Assembly: GCA_963842085.1 (NCBI GenBank)
Contig: CAWJET010000001.1
Location: forward strand, 320,001-384,000
DNA: 64,000 nucleotides
From: an uncultured delta proteobacterium
GTDB taxonomy: Bacteria; Desulfobacterota; Binatia; Binatales; Binataceae
Direction of reading: 5' to 3'
Shown here: piece by piece, positions 48,390 to 57,724 of the stretch
How the letters are laid out: each line of letters begins with the position of its first letter
Numbering within the stretch: the stretch's first letter is position 1
Notes under the pieces: generated by a model
Told to the model about the DNA's origin: nothing
The model's database searches: none
The model's input: only the letters and a program-made list of their open reading frames with translations
Made by a program: the position numbers and the translations under genes

Positions 48390-49094
48390 CTAGCCCTTCG
48401 GCTTCAATGAAAAATTGGTGGTCGCCGTCGCGCCGTCTTTCACGTCGACTTTCTGGGTATCCGTGCCAAGCTTCTCCTGCCACACTTCCACCGTGTAGTC
48501 ACCCGGCGGCACGCCCGCGATCGAGTAGTTGCCCTTGTCGTCTGTGACCGCGAAGTACGGAGTGTCGGTCGCGACCCACCAGCCGTGCATCCAGCCGTGC
48601 GCATCGCAGGTGACCTTGATCACTTCGGGCTTTTCGATTTTTTCCTCGATCACTTTCTTGAACTTGGGCTGGGCCATGTTGAACGACGGATTCGCAGTCG
48701 AATAGGTATGGATGTTGTGCAGAATCCCGTCCGAGTTCACGATTTTCACGGTGCTGCCGGCCGGGAACGCGAGCACGTGCGGCACGTAGTCGCATCCCTT
48801 CTGATCGAACGTTACCTCGCCGGGTTTCAGCTCGCCCTTGGCGCCTTTGATGATCACCACCGCGTTTGCGATTCCGCCGCTGGGGTCAACGATCAGGTCC
48901 TCGGTGAAGTGCGGATGGAGCCCGCAGACTTCCTTGTCCTTGGTCACCTCGACCGGCTTGCGGGCGGGCGGAGTGCCGTCGTACTTGACGGTTCCGCTGA
49001 CCGTGCCGCCGGCCGCGCTCGCGACGCTGGCGCCAACGCTGATGCTGAGTGCGACTCCAGCACACGCCGCCAGTACAACTGCGTACTTTTTCAT
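48390..49094 (-). CDS. periplasmic carboxypeptidase-regulatory-like/cupredoxin-like protein of bc clusters
   Basis: Signal peptide; DQKGCDYVPHV, NSDGILHNIH, CDAHGWM, FAVTDDKG. Confidence 0.8.
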   Translation of the reverse strand: MKKYAVVLAACAGVALSISVGASVASAAGGTVSGTVKYDGTPPARKPVEVTKDKEVCGLHPHFTEDLIVDPSGGIANAVVIIKGAKGELKPGEVTFDQKGCDYVPHVLAFPAGSTVKIVNSDGILHNIHTYSTANPSFNMAQPKFKKVIEEKIEKPEVIKVTCDAHGWMHGWWVATDTPYFAVTDDKGNYSIAGVPPGDYTVEVWQEKLGTDTQKVDVKDGATATTNFSLKPKG

Positions 49095-49197
49095 ACCATT
49101 GCCTCCTGGGGGATTACCCGGATCTTTTACTCAGTTAGACAAATTCTCAGTTTAGCGAATACTCAGTTGCAAACTCAATCGATTAGACGATCGTAAC

Positions 49198-51987
49198 CTA
49201 CTTCTTACTCACTTTCGTCGGTGCACTCGCCGCTTTGCTCACTTTCGCCGGCACCGCCGCGACTTGTCCCGGCAGGGTCTCGCCCGGATGCGTGCCGAAC
49301 CAGAAAATATAGTCCCGCAGCGCGCGGATTTGCGCGTCCTGGTTGCCGCCCAGGATGTCGTCCGGGCCGCCGGGATAGAATGACGGCATCTTGGTGCCCG
49401 GCTGCAGCGCCGACGGATTTGCGATCCATTTCAAGATCCAGTCCGGATTCAACCGCACATGCGCGAGCGCCAGGTCCGGCGCCCATCCCGAGGGCGGGCC
49501 TTCAGGCTTCTTGTCGCCCTGCTGATGGCAGCTGAAACAGTTGAAGTAATCCTTGGTCATCAGCTTCGCACCCGCCTGCAGCTCGGCCGGCGGAATCGCG
49601 TTGGTGTTGATGAACATGAACGGCACGTTGATGTCCGACAGCGCCGTGAAGTAATTCACGATGGTGTCGTCTTCGCTGTTGGTGAAATGAAAGGTCGGCA
49701 TCCTGATCTTCAGCCATGGACGAATCGGCGTCGGCCCCTGCAGGAAGGTGAATAGCCACTCGGGCTGTACCTTGAAGCCTTCGCCATTGAGTATTGGCGG
49801 CGCAAAGTTGATTTCGTCTTCTGAGTAGAAGCGCCGGATGTAGCCGCCCCGATTCTCAATTATATGGCAGCCGACGCAGTTGTAGTAATTGATCATTCGC
49901 CGGCCCGCCACGATTTGCGTCTGATGCACCGAGCCGGGCATCCGGTATCGCTCCGGCACCTTGCCATCGGTCATGCCGGCCAGAAACACGATCAGGTTGT
50001 TGATGTCGGCGTTGTCGAAGTCGAAATTCGGCATCAACTGCTCGACGTCCTTGGTCGCGTAGATGCGCGGGGTCTGGAGTTTATGGAACGTCCATTGATC
50101 CCAGGTCTCGGGAATCTGGGTCTGGTTGCCGAAGAACAACTCGTCGAGATGCTTGGAGCCGAAGGTCGTCAACTCGACCCCGATGCGCGACTCCTTGTCC
50201 ATCCCCTGGATCTCGTGGCATCCGAAGCATCCGTACTTGCGCACCAGCGCTTCGCCCTTCTTGATATTGTCGGGATCCTTGAGCGCGGTTTCGACGCCGG
50301 CGTCTTCTTGCTTCTCGCCGTGCGTCATCAGGAATGCGGTCAGCGCTTCGGCTTCGTGATCGGTCAGGCGCAGCGAAGGCATCGCGGTATGCGGCGAGAA
50401 GTCGCGCGGATTCTTCAACCAGGTATAGACCCACGCCGCCGAAGTCTTCTCCGCGATCTTGTCCAGGTTGGGCGCGAAGTCCTTGGCCGTGCGCGCTTCG
50501 GCCGGCTGGAAGCCCTCCGCGACGCCGACCGGCGTTCCATATTTATCGGGATCGATCGCATGGCAGCCCTTGCAGCCGACCGACTCGAACAGCCCTTTGC
50601 CTTCTTCGACGAAGGCCGGATTCTTGATGTCCGTCTCGAGCGTCGGAGGCTCGGGATGCGCCGCGAGCCAGTCCTTCGAATTGTTTGCCGAGCTGTCGAA
50701 GATGAAGGCCGCCAACTCAGTCGCCTGCTCGCGCGAGAAATAGAAGTTCGGCATGCGCGTGTGCGGACGGAAGATATGCGGATCGGTGATCCAGCGCACG
50801 GTCCACGACGGATCGAGCTTGGCCGACGCGAGTTTCAGGTAGGGGCCGATCTTCGGCAGGTCCTCGTAGCCCGCCATCAGATGGCATCCCGCGCAGCCCA
50901 TCTGCTGGAACATGCGCTCGCCCTCGACCCAGTTCGCCGCGATCGGTTTGCCCGCGGCATCGTGCAGCGAGCCCACGTCGATATGGCACTTGACGCATCG
51001 CGACTGCATCTTGTCGCCACGCAGCATCGGAAAATCCCAATCTTTATCGTCCCCATGCGCCAGCCGCACGGAGCTGACCGCGGGCCCTTGCCCGTCGTGA
51101 CAGGGGGTGCATCCCAGTTTGTCGGGCGGATGCTTGCCGATGATCTGATCGAAGTTGCTATGCGTGCGAAACGGCTGGGGCGCATTCTCGAAGCCCTTCT
51201 TGTCGGCGCCCATGTGGCAGCTCTGGCATCGATCGACCCGCGCGACCGCCTCGTCGAAGGCGTTGCGGTCGAAGTCGTCGATCGCGGTCTGCTGAATCTT
51301 GGGAATTTTCGGATAGCGGAACAGCACCCGGCCGCGGAACTTGACCGGGATCATCCATGAGTCGGCCTTGTCGAAGAAGTCGTCGCGCTTTTTGGTCAGC
51401 TTCTTCATCTGATCGGTCAGGCTGTCAACCTTCGAGTTGAGCGCCTCGATCTCGTCCTTGACCGCCTGGAGATCGGCCTTGGCTTTGTCGGAGACGATAT
51501 TCTCCTGCGCCAGCTCGGCGTCGAGCTGATCGATTTCCTGCTTGTACGGCGCCGGGTTTTCTTTTTCCTGGATGGCATGGTTGTAGTCGTACCATCGCTC
51601 GGTCAAATACGACTTGGTGAAGCGGACCAGTTGATCCTTGTCGTTGGCGGTGTTGTTGAGAGCGGGCAACTGGGCGCGCAGAGCTTCAAGCTTGGCCGCG
51701 GTGGCGCCGGAATCGAGATCCTTCTGCGCCTCGGCCAGCTCCTTGGAGAGCTTCTGGTAGTCGGGATCGGCGTTGAGGCGCGTCTGCTCGTCGGCCGCGT
51801 CCTTCATGTACTTGTCGTACGCCAGCCGATCCCACTCGACCTGGTATTCCTTCCACGGACGGCGCGAGATGTTGTCGTCCCAAATCGACCAGACCGCGGT
51901 CACCAGCAACACCGCGACCAGCAGCACGAACAACGCGCTGTATGATTTCCCTTCTTCGGTGGGATCAAGCCCCGGTCTGCCAGCCAT
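49198..51987 (-). CDS. membrane-anchored 8-heme cytochrome c
   Basis: N-terminal TM, coiled coil, eight CxxCH motifs (CQSCH, CTPCH, CVKCH, CAGCH, CKGCH, CFGCH, CVGCH, CFSCH). Confidence 0.92.
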   Translation of the reverse strand: MAGRPGLDPTEEGKSYSALFVLLVAVLLVTAVWSIWDDNISRRPWKEYQVEWDRLAYDKYMKDAADEQTRLNADPDYQKLSKELAEAQKDLDSGATAAKLEALRAQLPALNNTANDKDQLVRFTKSYLTERWYDYNHAIQEKENPAPYKQEIDQLDAELAQENIVSDKAKADLQAVKDEIEALNSKVDSLTDQMKKLTKKRDDFFDKADSWMIPVKFRGRVLFRYPKIPKIQQTAIDDFDRNAFDEAVARVDRCQSCHMGADKKGFENAPQPFRTHSNFDQIIGKHPPDKLGCTPCHDGQGPAVSSVRLAHGDDKDWDFPMLRGDKMQSRCVKCHIDVGSLHDAAGKPIAANWVEGERMFQQMGCAGCHLMAGYEDLPKIGPYLKLASAKLDPSWTVRWITDPHIFRPHTRMPNFYFSREQATELAAFIFDSSANNSKDWLAAHPEPPTLETDIKNPAFVEEGKGLFESVGCKGCHAIDPDKYGTPVGVAEGFQPAEARTAKDFAPNLDKIAEKTSAAWVYTWLKNPRDFSPHTAMPSLRLTDHEAEALTAFLMTHGEKQEDAGVETALKDPDNIKKGEALVRKYGCFGCHEIQGMDKESRIGVELTTFGSKHLDELFFGNQTQIPETWDQWTFHKLQTPRIYATKDVEQLMPNFDFDNADINNLIVFLAGMTDGKVPERYRMPGSVHQTQIVAGRRMINYYNCVGCHIIENRGGYIRRFYSEDEINFAPPILNGEGFKVQPEWLFTFLQGPTPIRPWLKIRMPTFHFTNSEDDTIVNYFTALSDINVPFMFINTNAIPPAELQAGAKLMTKDYFNCFSCHQQGDKKPEGPPSGWAPDLALAHVRLNPDWILKWIANPSALQPGTKMPSFYPGGPDDILGGNQDAQIRALRDYIFWFGTHPGETLPGQVAAVPAKVSKAASAPTKVSKK

Positions 51988-52060
51988 CTGCTCTACCTGT
52001 CCTCAACTCAGAAATGCCGCCCGAGGACGCCGTCCAGATACTCACTCGAATAGTCAGTAG

Positions 52061-52240
52061 TCATTTGCCCGCGCGCACCCACACCGCCTCGATGATGTAG
52101 CCGGCGAGAAACACCAGGATGCCGATGCCGGTGAACTTGTACTCGATCCCCATCCCGTGCGGCTGCGTAATTCCAACGTAGAGCGCAAACCCGACGTCGG
52201 CGAGTCCGAGCGCCTGCAGAACTTTGGCGAGGATGAACAC
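52061..52240 (-). CDS. 59-aa two-TM protein
   Basis: Below cutoff: MFILAKVLQALGLADVGFALYVGITQPHGMGIEYKFTGIGILVFLAGYIIEAVWVRAGK (GTG start). Confidence 0.7.
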   Translation of the reverse strand: MFILAKVLQALGLADVGFALYVGITQPHGMGIEYKFTGIGILVFLAGYIIEAVWVRAGK

Positions 52241-52258
52241 GGAGTCGTCGCGGCCACG

Positions 52259-53164
52259 TCAGACGTTAATCCAGGGCGTAACCAGGATGTACTTGATGTT
52301 GAGCGCGTGCCGCAGCGCCATCTTGATGAACACGCCGGCCATCGCGAGCAGCAGAAATCCGGTGATGCCGAAGCGCACCGGTCCCCACTTCTCGAGGATC
52401 TCGGGACCGCCGCCGGGAAACGCCGACCAGCGATCGCCCGCCGGCCGCGATCGTATCCAGAAATACAGCGCCGCGTACCCAACCACGAAGTAGCCGAGTA
52501 TCAGAAACAAGCCGAACAGCGCCGACGCCAGGTAGTCGCGGAAACCGAACATGTACGGCAAATCGACGTTGGTCAGCGCCTCGACCATATGCGGATCCCA
52601 GACCTGGCCGGGCCAGAACCAGTTCCAGCCGGGGCCGCGGAAAAACGTGCCGATGATGATGAACGACACCCACAGGATGTGGAAGCCGACGAAAAAAGTC
52701 ATGATCTCGAACCATCGCTCGCGCAAGGTGTAGTAGCCGTTACCTTTCGGATTGATGTCGAGATACGGGATCAGCATCAGGCCCACGATAATGAAGCTCG
52801 GCAGCACCACGCCCGCATACCACGGGTCGAAGAACACCAGCATTTCCTGCAAGCCCAGGAAGTACCACGGCGCCTTGGACGGATTGGGCGTGCGGGTCGG
52901 ATTCGACGGCTGCTCGAGCGGCGCGTTGAGCATCAGCGACCACACCGTCAACACGATGATGACCAGGATCGACATCAGGAATTCGTTGCGCACCAGGAAC
53001 GGCCAGGTATGCAGCTTCTCCTCGACGCCGCCGCCCGCCTTCTTGATCGGGACTTCGATGCGCTTGCCGCCCGCAGCCGGCGGCCTGGCGGCAGCTCCGC
53101 CGGCGCCCGCTCCCGCCGCCGCGCGCATCACGATTCCGCCTTCGTTACCTTCCGGGCTTGCCAT
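52259..53164 (-). CDS. cytochrome b subunit IV-like (PetD/QcrC N-part) protein
   Basis: HTWPFLV, APLEQPSNPTRTPNPSKAPWYFLGLQE (PEWY-equivalent region), FRGPGW. Confidence 0.85.
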   Translation of the reverse strand: MASPEGNEGGIVMRAAAGAGAGGAAARPPAAGGKRIEVPIKKAGGGVEEKLHTWPFLVRNEFLMSILVIIVLTVWSLMLNAPLEQPSNPTRTPNPSKAPWYFLGLQEMLVFFDPWYAGVVLPSFIIVGLMLIPYLDINPKGNGYYTLRERWFEIMTFFVGFHILWVSFIIIGTFFRGPGWNWFWPGQVWDPHMVEALTNVDLPYMFGFRDYLASALFGLFLILGYFVVGYAALYFWIRSRPAGDRWSAFPGGGPEILEKWGPVRFGITGFLLLAMAGVFIKMALRHALNIKYILVTPWINV

Positions 53165-53186
53165 GATTAATCCCTTAGCAAGGTGC

Positions 53187-53321
53187 TCAGTTCTCGTCGT
53201 CGGTCCACGGCGGCGGTGCCGCCAGCCGGTACATTATATACAGCAGGATCGACATTGCGATCGGCACCGACAGCACCCGCACGATTCCCTGGTGCAGCAG
53301 CCATGAAAATACGTCTCCCAT
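53187..53321 (-). CDS. 44-aa single-TM protein
   Basis: Below cutoff: MGDVFSWLLHQGIVRVLSVPIAMSILLYIMYRLAAPPPWTDDEN; GAGG Shine-Dalgarno. Confidence 0.65.
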   Translation of the reverse strand: MGDVFSWLLHQGIVRVLSVPIAMSILLYIMYRLAAPPPWTDDEN

Positions 53322-53339
53322 CCAGCGCCTCGACCAGTC

Positions 53340-54113
53340 CTAGAGCGGCCCCGACATGCCGTCGCGCCGGATTCGCCAGAAATGCACCGCCATGAAGATG
53401 CTCGCGATCAACGGAAAAAAGATGCAGTGCAAAATGTAGAAGCGCAGCAGCGTGTGCGGCCCGATTTCCGCGCCGCCGAAAATAAATGCGCGCGCGTCGT
53501 AAATCGGATTCACTCCCAGTAATTCATGGAACGGGCCGCCATGCCCGAGCAGCGGAGTCGCGCGCGCCATGTTCGAGCCGACCGTCACTGCCCATATCGA
53601 AAGCTGATCCCACGGCAGCAGGTATCCGGTGAACGACAGCAACAGCGTCAGCACCAGCAGGATCACGCCGACCACCCAGTTGAACTCGCGCGGCGGCTTG
53701 TACGAGCCGGTCATGAACACGCGGAACATGTGCAGCCAGACCGCGATCACCATTCCGTGCGCGGCCCATCGATGCATGTTGCGCATCAGCATGCCGAACG
53801 GCATGTCGAACTCGAGGTACTTCATGTCGGCGTAGGCGTATTCCGCCGTCGGCCGGTAGTAGAACATCAGGTACACGCCGGTCACCACCGTCACCAGGAA
53901 AAGCAGAAAGGTGATGCCGCCCATGCACCAGGTGAAGCGCAGGCGCACGGTATGCTTCTGCACTTTCGACGGATGCAGATGGAGCCACACGTTGCCGGAG
54001 ACCATCAGGATCCGGTTGCGCGGCGTGTCTTCGTAGCCGTGCCTGAATATCGACTGCCAGGCCTGCGAATCGGTTATCTGGCGCTTCGTTTCGTTCCAGT
54101 CGAACTTAGCCAT
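53340..54113 (-). CDS. petB: cytochrome b6-like subunit
   Basis: WCMGG, RNMHRWAAH, HMFRVF, SFTGYLLPWDQ, RFYILH...VHFWRIR. Confidence 0.88.
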   Translation of the reverse strand: MAKFDWNETKRQITDSQAWQSIFRHGYEDTPRNRILMVSGNVWLHLHPSKVQKHTVRLRFTWCMGGITFLLFLVTVVTGVYLMFYYRPTAEYAYADMKYLEFDMPFGMLMRNMHRWAAHGMVIAVWLHMFRVFMTGSYKPPREFNWVVGVILLVLTLLLSFTGYLLPWDQLSIWAVTVGSNMARATPLLGHGGPFHELLGVNPIYDARAFIFGGAEIGPHTLLRFYILHCIFFPLIASIFMAVHFWRIRRDGMSGPL

Positions 54114-54330
54114 CCGCTACCAAACTCCCCGGAGCGGCCCGCGGGCGCTCGCAGCAATCCAAATACCGCGAAAGAGCAAAAAATTCCAACCCTTACGATT
54201 TTTGTGTTCGCAATTCTGCGCGAAATCCGGCGTAAGGCTACCTAATTTCGCCCGATCTCTGCAACAAAGAGGACTCATTGAATGAGGTATTTTGGATGTC
54301 TAGTCTCTCTCCGTCCGCCGGAGCACGTTT

Positions 54331-54427
54331 TTTCCCCTCTCCCGATGGGAGAGGTCGACGCTCGCCTGCGAGCGTCGGGTGAGGGACCTTGTTAAGCGCG
54401 CGTTTCGCGCGCGACTTACGATTTCTG
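54331..54427 (-). repeat. palindromic repeat type B, left end of the DUF559 unit
   Basis: Minus: CAGAAATCGTAAGTCGCGCGCGAAACGCGCGCTTAACAAGGTCCCTCACCCG...GACCTCTCCCATCGGGAGAGGGGAAA. Confidence 0.9.
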
Positions 54428-54476
54428 TTCTCTGCGGGCCTGGTTTTTTCCTGCGACGCTGCAAAAGTTCAGAATC

Positions 54477-54836
54477 GTGCCCTCGTCCGAAGCATCTCAC
54501 GAAACCGCTCGCAGATTGCGCCGCGAGCAAACTCCCGCCGAGCAAGTTTTATGGCGTCATCTGCGAGGCCAGCGTATGTCCAACGTGAAGTTCCGCCGCC
54601 AACATCCGATCGGCCCCTGCTTCGCCGACTTCTGCTCGATTGAACGCCGTCTGATCGTCGAACTCGATGGTGGACAGCACGCCGACCAATCCGCTGAAGA
54701 CGAAGTTCGCAGCTCCTTTCTCAACTCGTACGGCTACCGAGTCCTGCGCTTCGGGAATTACCAGGTGCTATACAACATCCGGGAAGTGCTCGACGAAATC
54801 GAAAAAGTCCTGAGCTCTGATTCTTCAGAATCTTGA
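54477..54836 (+). CDS. DUF559 (Vsr-like) endonuclease domain protein
   Basis: ARRLRREQTPAEQVLW, KFRRQHPIG..ADF, IVELDGGQH, GYRVLRF. Confidence 0.9.
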   Translation: MPSSEASHETARRLRREQTPAEQVLWRHLRGQRMSNVKFRRQHPIGPCFADFCSIERRLIVELDGGQHADQSAEDEVRSSFLNSYGYRVLRFGNYQVLYNIREVLDEIEKVLSSDSSES

Positions 54837-54908
54837 ATCGCGCGCGAAGCGAGTCGCGCGCTGAATAAGGTCCCTCACCTTCGATCCTCTCCCTCCGGGA
54901 GAGGGGAA
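54826..54908 (+). repeat. palindromic repeat type A, right end of the DUF559 unit
   Basis: CAGAATCTTGAATCGCGCGCGAA...AAGGTCCCTCACCTTCGATCCTCTCCCTCCGGGAGAGGGGAA; contains the DUF559 stop codon. Confidence 0.9.
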
Positions 54909-54920
54909 GAAAGTCCTCTC

Positions 54921-55313
54921 CTATAACTGCGGCTTGCCGGAGCCGCGGCGGAAGCGGCCGAAGAGTGCGACGATCAAGCCCCACAGCACCATCAGGATTG
55001 CGATCCCGATTACGCCGAGGCCGACACCGGCCAGAATTCCCGTCGCGCACAGCACAGCACCGATGACGAACAGCGGGATTGCGAATGCGATCGGGTTGAA
55101 CGGGTCGTTGCGCGCCGCCCGCGCGACCATCGCCGCCGCCTGCTCTGCCGTACCCGCATCTTCGTTGCTCTCTTTGAGCAGGCTCACCGCGTAGTCGGTA
55201 AGTTCCTGGCGATTGGGCATCGCGCGGAGACGGTCGGCGAGCTCTCGGGCGAGCTCCTCGACGCGTTCGTCGTTCTCCTGGGAGTCGGGGTCGGGTTTGT
55301 TCGATTCAGCCAC
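54921..55313 (-). CDS. hypothetical membrane protein
   Basis: Acidic N-terminus, two C-terminal TMs. Confidence 0.7.
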   Translation of the reverse strand: MAESNKPDPDSQENDERVEELARELADRLRAMPNRQELTDYAVSLLKESNEDAGTAEQAAAMVARAARNDPFNPIAFAIPLFVIGAVLCATGILAGVGLGVIGIAILMVLWGLIVALFGRFRRGSGKPQL

Positions 55314-55359
55314 GCTGCACTTGCTTCTCGCTCGCGGCTAACACCTATCGAACATGAGA

Positions 55360-56478
55360 TCAGGTTGTCAACGTAGCACCCGCTCCTCCCGCATCCACGG
55401 TTCTCTTGCCAAGAAGATTGAGCTTGAAGCGCCGGATCGTCTCGGGTTCGATTCGATTTCCGCTCTCATCTTCGAACGCAAGAGCGTCGGTGGGACACTG
55501 CACGACGCAGGCGCCGCACCTGATGCAGCGGTCGCTGCGGGCAATTTCGACCTTGCGCACATCTTCACGCTTGTCGAAGCATGCCTCGGGACAGACTTGC
55601 CAGCAGAAATAAACGCCCTTGCAGCGATCCAGGTCCAGCTTGATGTGCCAGCGCGCCTCCTTGAAATGGCTGCCGCCCTCGATCGGCGTGGAACCCGAAT
55701 AATCGAAAGTGAGCAGCGCCGAGAACGCGATGCCGGCGAGCGGAGCGGCGATGAGCGCCGCGGTGCCTGCGCCGGCAATGGCCGCCAGTGCAAGCGGCGT
55801 CAACGATGCGATGAGCGCCAGGCGAATGAAGCTTTGCCGCAGAAGGCGATCGTAAACCGTGAAGACCGCGATCGCGAGCGCCCACACCATCGCAATCAAC
55901 GGCAACAGCCACGACGGACGAAGCGCGAGAACCGGAATCGCCGCCAGCAGCGTCATCGGCACAGCCCATACCGTCGCCATCTCGAGCCGTTCCCGAATCC
56001 CGAATTGGACGTGACGCATGTCGTCGGTTTTCTGTTCGTGCTGCGCCAGGTAGCGGGGAATGTCGTTGGCATAGACGGGGCCGAATTTTACCTGCCAGTG
56101 GGAACGGCGCTCGACTTCGCGCGCGAGCACGCCCGTCGCCGCCAGTTGCGGCAGGATGGCCCGGCGATGCTGGACCCGCTCGGCGACACCCGAGGTCTTG
56201 AGCGCGGTGACGACCTGATGGGTGCTCAGGTGGCCTCCGGAAGCGGCGCACCAGACATTGATTCCGCTGGACGGGGCGACCACCAGCCACGCGTCCACGC
56301 CGCGCATCGCGCGCATCACGCGCCTGACGGTGAGGTCGAAGTTGCAGGTTATCAGCACTGGACTCAGCGGGCCGGGCTTGCCGATCTGCCGCAGCCCCGG
56401 TTCGGTCGGCCACGGCGCCAGGCGAAATCCCGTTTGCAGCGCGTCTCGTGCGAGATCGGAAATCGTTTGAAGAATCAT
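55360..56478 (-). CDS. HgcAB-like fused corrinoid-binding / TM / ferredoxin protein
   Basis: EPGL..IGKP...SPVLITCNF.LT, GINVWCAASGG, ILPQLAATGV, FGPVYANDIP; TM block; CKGVYFCWQVCP and CIRCGACVVQCP. Confidence 0.88.
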   Translation of the reverse strand: MILQTISDLARDALQTGFRLAPWPTEPGLRQIGKPGPLSPVLITCNFDLTVRRVMRAMRGVDAWLVVAPSSGINVWCAASGGHLSTHQVVTALKTSGVAERVQHRRAILPQLAATGVLAREVERRSHWQVKFGPVYANDIPRYLAQHEQKTDDMRHVQFGIRERLEMATVWAVPMTLLAAIPVLALRPSWLLPLIAMVWALAIAVFTVYDRLLRQSFIRLALIASLTPLALAAIAGAGTAALIAAPLAGIAFSALLTFDYSGSTPIEGGSHFKEARWHIKLDLDRCKGVYFCWQVCPEACFDKREDVRKVEIARSDRCIRCGACVVQCPTDALAFEDESGNRIEPETIRRFKLNLLGKRTVDAGGAGATLTT

Positions 56479-57134
56479 TGTGGCCGCTCCGCAACTACTA
56501 CTGCGAGAGTTTCAAACAGCCATCGAGCTTCGCTGCGCAATACAAATCCCGCCGCCGCCACTTCTGCCGCGAGGTCCGCAATCGGGCGCGAGACCGACCC
56601 GACGATGACCCAGGCCAGCGCCGCCTGTGGGCCGCGAACGATGCCTTGCAACAGGCGCTTTGCGAACGAACGCGGCCGCACTTCATCGGCGATCACGATC
56701 GCGCCCCCGGGACGAAGCGCGTGGTATGCGCACTTGAGCACGAAGCCGCGTTCCTGGCGCGACATTTCCGACAGACTCAGGCTGGCGACCACCGCGTCGA
56801 AACTCTGCTCCGCAAACGCATCTATCTCGGAGGCCGTTCGTTCAATGAAGGTGATTGCTTGCGCCGGCGCGTTTGCGAGTCGCGAGCGCGCCCGTTCCAG
56901 CATCTCGGGATTCTGATCCAACGCGGTCACCCGGGCGCCGCGCGCGACCAGCGCTTCGGTCACCGCGCCGGTGCCGCATCCGATCTCGAGTACGCTTGCA
57001 CCAGGTGAAGGCGCCGCCGCGTCCGCCACGGCCTGACGAATTCGTCGGACTTTCCCCAGCGTCAGCACCCGCATGCCGGCGTCGTACCGCGCCGGCGCCG
57101 ACTCGAGCAGGCGCATCAGGGCGAGCGAGCTCAT
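56475..57134 (-). CDS. class I SAM methyltransferase (corrinoid-protein-associated type)
   Basis: LESAPARYDAGM, VLEIGCGTG, LSEMS, LRPGG..IADE; ATGA overlaps on both sides. Confidence 0.88.
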   Translation of the reverse strand: MSSLALMRLLESAPARYDAGMRVLTLGKVRRIRQAVADAAAPSPGASVLEIGCGTGAVTEALVARGARVTALDQNPEMLERARSRLANAPAQAITFIERTASEIDAFAEQSFDAVVASLSLSEMSRQERGFVLKCAYHALRPGGAIVIADEVRPRSFAKRLLQGIVRGPQAALAWVIVGSVSRPIADLAAEVAAAGFVLRSEARWLFETLAVVVAERPQ

Positions 57135-57715
57135 GACTGCAAAATCCTCCGGACGCAGCCAACCAGGAGACGGCGGGTCGCGGCTGCGTCGTCAAAGGCG
57201 GCTCCCTCGACTATCTTCAGCAACAGCAGCCCGTCGACCAGCGCGATCACGGCGGTGGCAGCCTCTTCCGGTCTGAGACTCGTGTCGATCTCAGCGCAAC
57301 GCTGCCCTTGCTCGATTAGCTCCGCCAGGTCGCGGCGAATTCGACCGAAGAACGGCTTGAAGCGCGCGCCCGACGCCGACCAGAGATCCAGCAGCATCTT
57401 GCCAATCGACGCCCAGTCGGCGAACAATTCCGCCAGCTTGCCGGTAAGCTGCTCGATCCGCCGGAGCGGACTTCCCTTCGTGTCGCGCAGCGCCCTTATG
57501 AACAAGCCTTCCTCTTCGGCGAGCAGGTCGCGCACCAGATCGCGCACCAGCGACGCCTTGTCCCGGTAGTAGTGATAGATGGACGCGCGGCCGATGCCTG
57601 CGGCTCTGGCCACATGGACCAGGCCGACAGCTTCGACCCCGCGCCGCGCGAACACCCGCCGCGCGGCGGTGCGGATGGTTTTACGCTGGACCTCGCGATC
57701 GACTATTTTCGGCAT
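57131..57715 (-). CDS. TetR/AcrR regulator
   Basis: AARRVFARRG...VARAAGIGRASIYHYYRDK. Confidence 0.9.
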   Translation of the reverse strand: MPKIVDREVQRKTIRTAARRVFARRGVEAVGLVHVARAAGIGRASIYHYYRDKASLVRDLVRDLLAEEEGLFIRALRDTKGSPLRRIEQLTGKLAELFADWASIGKMLLDLWSASGARFKPFFGRIRRDLAELIEQGQRCAEIDTSLRPEEAATAVIALVDGLLLLKIVEGAAFDDAAATRRLLVGCVRRILQS

Positions 57716-57724
57716 AACTGTCTA

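Larger units (their letters stand above)
54331..54908. mobile_element. candidate DUF559 plus inverted palindromic-repeat element
   Basis: Nuclease gene opposite to its neighbours, flanked by outward-pointing repeats that also occur as solo copies; mobility is inferred. Confidence 0.5.

Noticed and set aside
54165-54225. Imperfect inverted repeat upstream of cytochrome b
   Set aside because: Several mismatches and no recognised motif; insufficient support.
55360-56478. Calling this a bona fide hgcA/hgcB mercury methylation locus
   Set aside because: The cap helix is NVWCAASGG rather than NVWCAAGK, the ferredoxin is fused and the terminal cysteines are missing; activity cannot be inferred.
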